Shown here: positions 10,108-17,605 of the stretch, piece by piece
Layout: every line of letters starts with the position of its first letter
How positions within the stretch are numbered: the first letter of the stretch is position 1
Assembly (NCBI GenBank): GCA_963546395.1
Contig: CAUUMS010000002.1
Span: forward strand, 12,585-76,584
From: an uncultured Bacteroidia bacterium
GTDB taxonomy: Bacteria; Bacteroidota; Bacteroidia; Bacteroidales; CAJPTX01
DNA: 64,000 nucleotides
Direction of reading: 5' to 3'
Notes under the pieces: model-generated
Told to the model about the DNA's origin: nothing
What the model saw: the letters and a program-made list of their open reading frames with translations, nothing else
Database searches by the model: none
Translations under genes and position numbers: made by a program

Positions 10108-10609
10108 GCCAGCACTTGTACTCGTGCAACAAGTCGTCCTCTGAGACGCATTCGAGCCCTATGCTGTTGCCAGCTACGAGCCAGTCTAAAGGCCACCGAG
10201 TGGCCTGCCTCGCAGTGAAGTTCAGGTGGAGTGCGTGGGGTGTCTAGTGCCCTGACGGAATGCGCACAGCGTTGAGCATATCGACTATCTGTACGCCTTG
10301 CGCCCCTGATGAATTTGCGGCAAACAGGGGCTTTTGAACAATGCGGAGGAGCGTGTAGGAGAGGTTGCGCATTGTGTTCGGCGCACCCAGCAATCCGCCT
10401 GACCCGACTTCTCAGGGGGCGACTATGTGCAGACTATCTCCAGGGTAACTGTGGTGTTGCGTTGCGGTATCTAGCGCGTGCGACACATGCGCTCCCATTC
10501 GCCTCTGTCTGTGGAGGCCTATCTGTGACCGATCATGTTAGCAGTGAACGTAAGTGCACCTCTCCCTGTTCTAACGTGCAGAGTGTCCCATCAATGTGAT
10601 GATTGTGCC

Positions 10610-11113
10610 ATGCAGAAACTGAATCTTACAGAGCTATCGGAGAACTTCATTCGGGCCATCGGCCAGGAGTGGATGCTCATCACGGCGGGTACGCCCGAGC
10701 ACTTCAACACCATGACGGCGAGCTGGGGCTGTGTGGGTTGGCTCTGGAATCGCCCTGTGGCGGTAGCCTTTATCCGCCCGGAGCGTTACACCTACGAATT
10801 CGTGGAGAACAGCGACCATTTCACCCTCGCCTTTCTGGGTGAGGAGCACCGGCAGATCCACACCGTGTGCGGGTCGCAGAGCGGTCGGGCAGTGGACAAG
10901 GTGGCTGCCACGGGTCTACAGCCCATTCTCACAGAGCTCGGGCATGTCACGTTTGGGCAGGCCCGTTTGACGCTCGACTGCCAAAAGCTCTACGCAGACA
11001 CCCTCAAACCCGAGAACTTCCTGAGCCAGATCCCCTTCCGGTGGTACGGTGAGGCCGAGGGTGGCTATCACAAGATGTACATCGCCGAGATCCTAGCGGC
11101 CTACACCCGCTGA
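10610..11113 (+). CDS. flavin reductase family protein (FMN-binding split barrel)
   Basis: WMLITAG...FNTMTASWG...RPERYTYEF is typical of flavin reductase-like domain proteins. The start is taken at the MQKLNL ATG at 10610. Confidence 0.8.
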   Translation: MQKLNLTELSENFIRAIGQEWMLITAGTPEHFNTMTASWGCVGWLWNRPVAVAFIRPERYTYEFVENSDHFTLAFLGEEHRQIHTVCGSQSGRAVDKVAATGLQPILTELGHVTFGQARLTLDCQKLYADTLKPENFLSQIPFRWYGEAEGGYHKMYIAEILAAYTR

Positions 11114-11458
11114 TGCGACTAGCATCCGCCGAAACGCCCGTATAGCTCTAGGAATTGGCATCCTGCTCACAGTCGAGGATGTGGCCACTCTGCTTATGTG
11201 CAGCGGCAGTGCCTAGCTAAGCAGCAGGGGGCTTTGGATCTGAAGGGTCTTCGCCAGAGAGCTCGCTCTCCTGTAGCATCCATGGGGACGTGGATTTGCG
11301 CTGGGTAAATCCACTGTTGTATACCCTCAGGGGATGACGACTAGGGTTGTGGCCACGACACTGCGCGCCGTGAAGCGGGAATCACGCAGCATCACGCTTG
11401 CGGTGCGATATCATGATCCCCGTGTTGCGTGGGCCCACCGCCTGCGTCAGCCTGTGAC

Positions 11459-11857
11459 TTACACCGATGCCAGACGCTCGGCAAATTCGTCGAGACCCTG
11501 CTGAATGCGCTTCTTCGCCATCATGCGTAGTAGTAGCGGTACTGCCGCATGTACTGTGATGCGAATGGCCGTGTCGTACTCCCCTACCTCCTTCAGCTGG
11601 ATCCATGCCGTGAAGTTGAGCGGCGAATCCTCTGTTCCCGCTAGCTTGATGGTGCTGTTCGGTGTGCGATCGACAATGCGTAGACCCACCGAGAACTTCC
11701 CCTCCACGGTGAAACGGCACTCATCGTCCGTGGCGTGCACATCGCTCACGTGCTCATTCCCTGCCAGCTGACCCAGGTTCTTGAGCGTCGCCAGGCGTTC
11801 ATACAGCTGCCACGCCGGTCGGCTCGACCGGGTAATCTTGCTCACGTACTTCTCCAT
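11459..11857 (-). CDS. SRPBCC-superfamily protein (CoxG/polyketide cyclase-like fold)
   Basis: A ~132-aa protein lying directly downstream of pyrE, with beta-rich then C-terminal helix composition. The start is taken at MEKYVSK. Confidence 0.55.
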   Translation of the reverse strand: MEKYVSKITRSSRPAWQLYERLATLKNLGQLAGNEHVSDVHATDDECRFTVEGKFSVGLRIVDRTPNSTIKLAGTEDSPLNFTAWIQLKEVGEYDTAIRITVHAAVPLLLRMMAKKRIQQGLDEFAERLASV

Positions 11858-11865
11858 GGAGCCGT

Positions 11866-12498
11866 CTATTGCGCCGCTTTGCCCCACGTCTCAGGGGCCT
11901 GTCGCCACTCGTTGAGTGAGCTCACTGTGTGCGCGTCCAGTTCCCCGCGAGCGGCGAGTAGCTCCACCAGGTGCGGATAGCTCTCCAGCGTGTGGCATGT
12001 CACAGCGGCACGCTCTAGGTTGGCCTTTGCCTGGGGGAAATCGTACGTGAATATGGCCACCATGCCCATCACTTGCACCCCCGCTGCGCGTAGTGCTTCG
12101 ATGGCCCCGAGGCTGCTTCCCCCCGTGGAGATGAGGTCTTCTACCACCACCACGTTCGCCCCCTCGCGTAGCCAACCCTCAATCTGGTTGCCCAGTCCGT
12201 GCTCTTTGGGTTTGGGCCTCACGTACGCGAAGGGGAGCTTCAGGCTGTGCGCCACCAGAGCCCCGATGGCTATAGCCCCCGTGGCCACACCCACGATGGC
12301 CTCTGCATTCGGGTACTCCCTCGCAATGATGGCCAGCATGCCATCGATGATTTTTTGTCTAGCTTCGTGGCTCGAGAGTGCCCTGCGGTTGTCGCAGTAT
12401 ATGGGCGAGAGCCAGCCCGAGGCCCACTGGAAGGGCTTGTCGGGCGAGAGGTGTATGGCTCCTACGGCCAAGAGATCGTCTAGAATAGAAGGCTGCAT
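11866..12498 (-). CDS. pyrE: orotate phosphoribosyltransferase
   Basis: FQWASGWLSPIYCDNR and the PRPP-binding loop VVVVEDLISTGGS. Confidence 0.93.
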   Translation of the reverse strand: MQPSILDDLLAVGAIHLSPDKPFQWASGWLSPIYCDNRRALSSHEARQKIIDGMLAIIAREYPNAEAIVGVATGAIAIGALVAHSLKLPFAYVRPKPKEHGLGNQIEGWLREGANVVVVEDLISTGGSSLGAIEALRAAGVQVMGMVAIFTYDFPQAKANLERAAVTCHTLESYPHLVELLAARGELDAHTVSSLNEWRQAPETWGKAAQ

Positions 12499-13119
12499 AT
12501 GAGCGGTTTATCCATTTACTGTGGCCATCGGCAGCTCTGCGTCTCCGATGCGCCGTGGCATACGCTGTGGGGGCCACACACGCTGCTGCTGGGAGCGGCA
12601 GCCCCTGAACTGGCTCCAAAGGTATTCGAAATTTTCGTCTCCTGCATCCATATAAACCGCGTCTGCATTCTGGGCTCTCCCGATGATGCGCTGCCTAGGG
12701 CTCTGCTGGCACTTTTTACCCCCATCACGGCCTGCGGCGGGGTGGTGCAGAACGACCAGGGGGAGATCCTGATGATTCAGCGTAACGGATTGCCCGACCT
12801 GCCCAAGGGTAAGCTGGAACCAGGAGAAACACTCGAGCAGGCCGCGCTGCGCGAAGTGCAGGAGGAGACCGGGGTGACGGGACTACACATCTTGCGTTCT
12901 CTCACCAGCACCCTACACTGCTACCAGATGGATGGCCGCTGGTGGCTGAAGACTACCCACTGGTACGCCATGCACACCTCCTCTGTCAGCGCGCTCACCC
13001 CTCAGCAGGAGGAGGGCATTAGCGCGGCGGAGTGGCTCTCCGAGTCCCGTGTCCACGAGCTAGCTGGGCGTGCCTACCCCACCATTCAGCAGGTGATGTC
13101 TGCCTTCCTAGCGCAGTGA
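12499..13119 (+). CDS. NUDIX hydrolase with an N-terminal extension
   Basis: Nudix box GKLEPGETLEQAALREVQEETGV. Confidence 0.85.
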   Translation: MSGLSIYCGHRQLCVSDAPWHTLWGPHTLLLGAAAPELAPKVFEIFVSCIHINRVCILGSPDDALPRALLALFTPITACGGVVQNDQGEILMIQRNGLPDLPKGKLEPGETLEQAALREVQEETGVTGLHILRSLTSTLHCYQMDGRWWLKTTHWYAMHTSSVSALTPQQEEGISAAEWLSESRVHELAGRAYPTIQQVMSAFLAQ

Positions 13120-13264
13120 TCTAAAGGCTTACCCCGAGTCTGCGCAGCAATCCTGCGGGCCGTTTCTACGCCGATGGTTGCCTCTCGGTGCGGAGCCTAG
13201 TGCTGCTATCCATTCCCCGTGGCCAGAGCGCATCACGCACTCCTTACACTGCGGTAGCTCGATC

Positions 13265-16042
13265 CTACTCCAGATGACCCCAGTCGTGCCCAACGGCCGT
13301 GTCCACCACCAGCGGCACGCTTAGCCTTGCGGCATTCTGCATGCCATGCACCACGAGAGCCTGCACGCGCTCGAGTTCGTGGGCAGGGCAGTCGAAAATC
13401 AACTCGTCGTGCACCTGAAGTATCAGCTTGCTCTCCAGCTGTGCGATGGTCATATGCTGGTCGATATCCACCATCGCTTTCTTGATGATGTCTGCGGCCG
13501 TGCCCTGTATGGGGGCGTTGATGGCATTGCGCTCCGCAGCCGCACGTTGATTGCTATCGGTCGAATTGATGTCGGGTATCCACCGCTTGCGTCCCCATAG
13601 CGTCTGCGAGTAGCCCAGCTGCCGAGCCTGCTGCACGCTCGTCTGCATGTACCTCTCCACGGCAGGGTAAAGGGCGAAGTAGTCCTTGATGAACTGATTG
13701 GCCTCGCTTACCCCGATGTTGAGCTGCTGCGAGAGCCCGAAGGCCGAGATGCCATACACCATGCCGAAGTTGGTCCGTTTGGCATGCTCGCGTTGCGATG
13801 CAGTTACCGCCTCGGGGTCTATGCGGAAGATCTTAGCCGCCGTGGCCCGGTGGATGTCCTGCCCGTGGCGAAAGGCCTCAACCATTGCCTCGTCCTGCGC
13901 CATATGCGCCATCAGGCGAAGCTCTATCTGCGAGTAATCGGCCGAGAGGAGTACCCCCCCGGGCTGCGCGCTCACGAATGCACCCCGAATGCCCTTACCC
14001 ACGGCACTGCGCACCGGGATGTTCTGCATGTTCGGGCGGCTGGAGCTCAGGCGGCCCGTGCCGGCTACTGCCTGATTGAACTGCGCATGGATGCGCCCAG
14101 TCTTGGGGTTCACCAGCTGGGGGAGAGCATCCACATAGGTACTCAGCAGCTTCTTGCGCTCCCGATAGTCCAGGATGTCCCGCACCACGGGATGCGCGGC
14201 GCTGTACTTTTGCAGCTCCACCTCACTCGTGTTGTATTGCCCCGACTTGGTCTTCTTGGCCTTTTCGGCAATGCGGAGCTGTCCAAACAGGAATTCACCC
14301 ACCTGCTTCGGCGAGTCGATGTTAAGGGTCTCATTGTGCGCTGCGCTGCGAATGCGGTCCGCGAGCGCATTCTGCTCTCCCATCAGCGTATTACGCAACT
14401 CGGCTAGCCGTGATGGATCTAGCGCAATGCCTTGCCACTCCATGTCGGCCAGCACCCGTAGCAGTGGCCGCTCGATGTCGAGGTAAAGGGCCGCAAGGCC
14501 CTCCTCTTCCACGCGAGGCCACAGGGCCTCGTAGAGCTGCAATGCCACGTCGGCATCCTCGGCTGCATACTCTCCCAGCTCAGCTATCGGCACCTGGAGG
14601 ATGGACTGCGGATCGGTCTTCACCTCGGGTACCACCTGCTCGATGGGTATGGGCTGATAGTTCAGCTCCTGCATGGCGAGCAGATCTAGCCCATGCCGCC
14701 CGTCGGGGGATAGCAGGTAGTGCAGTAGCATAGTGTCGTAGAGGGCCCCGTGCACCTCGAGTCCCATCCCCCGGAGCATCAGCAGGTCGAATTTCAGGTT
14801 ATGACCCACGAACTGCTTATCCTTCGATGCCAGCACGCCCTGCACCTTCTCCCGCGCTCCGGCCACGTCGAGGGAGACATTCTCAAGGGGGAGGTACCAC
14901 CCCGAGTGGGGTGCCGTGCTGAACGAAATGCCCACCACCCGGTCGTCCAGGAAGGAGAGACCGGTGGTCTCCGTGTCGATGGCGATGATCTCGGCCTGTA
15001 TCAGCTCGTCCACCATGCTCGCCACCTGCGCATCCGACTCTATCACCGTGTAATTGTGCTCGGTGTCCTGAACAGTGTGCATGGCACGCCCTGCGGTAGG
15101 GAATGCGCCCCCAGCGCTGTTGGGAGCCTGCTCGCTCGCAGCCACCAGGTAGCCCAGCAGATCTTTCCCTAGCGTGCTGAACTCTAGGGCACTCAGCTTG
15201 GCTGTGGCCGTGTCCACCTGTGGAGCTTTGACGCGTAGAGCCTCCAGATCGCCTGGAACAGGGGCATCCCGACGAATCGTCACCAGCATGCGCGAGAGGT
15301 CTAGTCCCTCCCCGGACTGGGCGATGCGCTCGGCCATCTTGGGGGATAGCTTGCCCAGATTTCCGCGCAGCCGCTCGATGGAGCCGTACTTGCTAATGAG
15401 CGTGGCAGCCGTCTTCTCCCCGATGCCCGGCACCCCGGGCACATTGTCCGACACATCTCCCCAGAGGGCGAGGATGTCGATGAATTGCTCTGCCCGCATG
15501 AGCCCATACTTAGCTAGCAGGTCATGCTCGGTGGTGCGCTCGTACTCCTGCCCATTGCGCTTGGGACGCAGAATGCTGGTGTATGGCCCCAGTAGCTGCT
15601 GGTAGTCCTTGTCGGGCGTCAGCAGCACCACATGCGTGTAGGGATCAGCGTAGCGTTGCACGAGCGAGCCAGCCAGGTCATCAGCCTCAAATCCGGGCTC
15701 CTCCAGCATGCAGAGTCCCAGCTCGGGTAGCAGATCTTTAACGACAGTGGCACCATATGATACCGCCTCTGGCGTTGGAGGGCGATGCGCTTTATACTCA
15801 GGGTACTGTGCATTGCGGAATGAGCCCCCCTTGGGGTCGAACACCACGGCCACATGGCTCGGCTGCTCGCCCTTCAGGCAATCGAGTAGGGTGCGTAGCA
15901 ATCCGAAGGCGGCCGATGTGTTACGGCCATCCGAGGTGAGTAGGGGACGATCGCCAAAGGCGAAGTGAGCCCGGTAGAGGAGCGCGTAGGCATCCACCAC
16001 CAGGAGTTTATTCGATGCGGGAAGATCGGGGAAAAGCGTCAA
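13265..16042 (-). CDS. polA: DNA polymerase I
   Basis: 925 aa with a 5'-3' exonuclease N-terminus, a 3'-5' exonuclease region (IAIDTETTGL) and pol A motifs (DYSQIELR, QVHDELIF). Confidence 0.97.
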   Translation of the reverse strand: MTLFPDLPASNKLLVVDAYALLYRAHFAFGDRPLLTSDGRNTSAAFGLLRTLLDCLKGEQPSHVAVVFDPKGGSFRNAQYPEYKAHRPPTPEAVSYGATVVKDLLPELGLCMLEEPGFEADDLAGSLVQRYADPYTHVVLLTPDKDYQQLLGPYTSILRPKRNGQEYERTTEHDLLAKYGLMRAEQFIDILALWGDVSDNVPGVPGIGEKTAATLISKYGSIERLRGNLGKLSPKMAERIAQSGEGLDLSRMLVTIRRDAPVPGDLEALRVKAPQVDTATAKLSALEFSTLGKDLLGYLVAASEQAPNSAGGAFPTAGRAMHTVQDTEHNYTVIESDAQVASMVDELIQAEIIAIDTETTGLSFLDDRVVGISFSTAPHSGWYLPLENVSLDVAGAREKVQGVLASKDKQFVGHNLKFDLLMLRGMGLEVHGALYDTMLLHYLLSPDGRHGLDLLAMQELNYQPIPIEQVVPEVKTDPQSILQVPIAELGEYAAEDADVALQLYEALWPRVEEEGLAALYLDIERPLLRVLADMEWQGIALDPSRLAELRNTLMGEQNALADRIRSAAHNETLNIDSPKQVGEFLFGQLRIAEKAKKTKSGQYNTSEVELQKYSAAHPVVRDILDYRERKKLLSTYVDALPQLVNPKTGRIHAQFNQAVAGTGRLSSSRPNMQNIPVRSAVGKGIRGAFVSAQPGGVLLSADYSQIELRLMAHMAQDEAMVEAFRHGQDIHRATAAKIFRIDPEAVTASQREHAKRTNFGMVYGISAFGLSQQLNIGVSEANQFIKDYFALYPAVERYMQTSVQQARQLGYSQTLWGRKRWIPDINSTDSNQRAAAERNAINAPIQGTAADIIKKAMVDIDQHMTIAQLESKLILQVHDELIFDCPAHELERVQALVVHGMQNAARLSVPLVVDTAVGHDWGHLE

Positions 16043-16092
16043 GTCGCAAGCGTGTGATGAGGGGCTGGGGACAGCCCTCGTTGGTTTGTTGG

Positions 16093-16100
16093 CAAAGATA
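16093..16100 (-). promoter_or_regulatory. candidate Bacteroidota -7 box TATCTTTG for polA
   Basis: Matches the TAnnTTTG consensus on the minus strand, 51 bp upstream of the polA ATG. Confidence 0.4.
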
Positions 16101-16182
16101 GGGAATCCGCATCGAGTGCCTGGGGCTCACTGCGAGGATTGCTCTCAGCGCAGAACGCAGGTGCCGATTGTCCGAAACGCAA

Positions 16183-16190
16183 TACCTTTG
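16183..16190 (+). promoter_or_regulatory. candidate -7 box TACCTTTG
   Basis: Matches TAnnTTTG, ending 34 nt before the ATG at 16225. Confidence 0.5.
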
Positions 16191-16224
16191 CCCGTAGGCT
16201 GCGCAGGCTGGCAGCCATGGTGCC

Positions 16225-16941
16225 ATGGAAGACTCTGGTGCAGTGGGTACGCTCGTGCTGATCCCCTCCCCGTTGGGGGAGGAGTGGGAGGGGCGCACCC
16301 TGCCTGCGTTGGCGTTGGAGCGGGTGCGGGAGTTGCGCTATTTCGCCGTGGAGGAGCTCCGGACAGCCCGTCGTTACCTGGCGAAGCTGGTCATGCCGGT
16401 ACCCATCGGGGAGCTGGAGCTAGAGCCATTCGATCGCCGATCCTCGTTAGCCGATGCGCAACGCTTGCTGGCCCCAGTGCGTGGGGGGCTGTCGCTGGGG
16501 GTCATCTCCGAGGCGGGAGCTCCGGGCATTGCCGATCCGGGGGCCCTGCTTGTGGCCGAGGCGCATCGTTTGGGTATCCCTGTGGAGCCTCTCGTGGGCC
16601 CCAGCAGCATTCTGCTCACCCTGATGGCTAGCGGTCTCAACGGGCAGAATTTCGCCTTCGTGGGCTACCTCCCTGTCGAATCGGCCGCGCGCATCCAGCG
16701 CATTCATCAGCTCGAGCACCGGGCTCAGCGAGAGGGCCAGTCGCAGCTCTTCATCGAGACACCCTACCGCAACGAGTCGCTGCTTCAGCAGCTGCTCACC
16801 AGCCTATTGCCACGCACGCAGCTCTGCCTCGGCTACGGATTGCACAATCCGGGTGGCTGGGTGCGCACAAAGCCCGTGGCGCAGTGGAGGAAAGCGGTTC
16901 CCCACCTGGGTAAAACGCCCACCCTCTTCGCCATCCTCTGA
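16225..16941 (+). CDS. SAM-dependent methyltransferase, tetrapyrrole-methylase (RsmI-like) superfamily
   Basis: ISEAGAPGIADPG and GPSSILLTLMASGL motifs, 238 aa. Confidence 0.8.
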   Translation: MEDSGAVGTLVLIPSPLGEEWEGRTLPALALERVRELRYFAVEELRTARRYLAKLVMPVPIGELELEPFDRRSSLADAQRLLAPVRGGLSLGVISEAGAPGIADPGALLVAEAHRLGIPVEPLVGPSSILLTLMASGLNGQNFAFVGYLPVESAARIQRIHQLEHRAQREGQSQLFIETPYRNESLLQQLLTSLLPRTQLCLGYGLHNPGGWVRTKPVAQWRKAVPHLGKTPTLFAIL

Positions 16942-17104
16942 GGGTCGCCGCTGTTACCACCCCACCCCCTCGCTAAGCTCTGAGAGCCGTTAGGAGCCAG
17001 TGGCCTCTTTCCCGGCTGACGATTCTATACCTCGGGGGTAGTTCTCCACCCTATTTCGATCGCCTCTTTGTGTGTGGAAACGGCTGATCCTCACCGGGGT
17101 AACA

Positions 17105-17193
17105 ACGTAGCAGAACCGTACCAAATCCGTAGCAAGTCCTACCAAATTGGGACTTGATACGTCGTTGCTACGTAGTTGGTACCTCGCGGCTAG
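17105..17193. repeat. intergenic element built from 11-bp phased GTA(G/C/T)CAA units (4 forward, 3 reverse) forming a long imperfect hairpin; copy A
   Basis: Forward units are cgtagcagaac/cgtaccaaatc/cgtagcaagtc/ctaccaaattg and reverse units are ggacttgatac/gtcgttgctac/gtagttggtac. The central 7-bp stem is caagtcc...ggacttg. A second copy lies at 45640-45717. Confidence 0.6.
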
Positions 17194-17540
17194 CTCCTAT
17201 CCCGCATACAATCGATACTTGGGGACATGATTTCTGTGCCATTCTACCCGCTTGTATATCTACGCATCGAACGCTTATTTCGCATCGAATGCGTGCGTAT
17301 GGTTCGTCAGATTGACCAAAAGCCGTTGAGATAAAGCCGAGCGCGCTATTTGCGGGGCTGATGTCGGTAACATTCGCGGGGATGGCTCCGTACCACTGTG
17401 GCGAGGCACCTCCCAGGCAATGCGGGGTGGGCCTCGGGGCGTAGATGCGTTGTTCGAGTCGCAGCGCGCTACGGGCTTGCGGAGAGTCGCATAGGACGTG
17501 GCTGCGAGGGGAGCTAATCCCCCAGCGGGGCAAAAAACGC

Positions 17541-17548
17541 TACCTTTG
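17541..17548 (+). promoter_or_regulatory. candidate -7 box TACCTTTG (extended CTACCTTTGCG)
   Basis: Matches TAnnTTTG, ending 57 nt before the ATG at 17606. Confidence 0.5.
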
Positions 17549-17605
17549 CGTATTCATGGCCTGTAGTAGGCGTTGTTGGCAATCGAATAAATGTTTGAGG
17601 AATAG

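Noticed and set aside
5775-10250. Whether the small-gene array is a prophage remnant or an integrative element.
   Set aside because: I see no integrase, recombinase, tRNA attachment site, direct repeats or phage structural genes. Only one ORF has a vaguely phage-like PGPW motif.
10309-10599. 96-aa ORF in the non-coding stretch between the small-gene array and the flavin reductase gene. A similar case is 25130-25366, upstream of the giant gene.
   Set aside because: Both are Cys/Arg-rich with no motif and no plausible start context, so I treat them as non-coding.
17168-17533. 121-aa ORF on the minus strand in the 660-bp gap upstream of the PpiD-like gene.
   Set aside because: It has no recognisable domain and a Cys/Arg/Pro-rich shadow-like composition, and it overlaps the putative promoter region. 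The gap is more likely non-coding and hosts the 11-bp repeat element instead.
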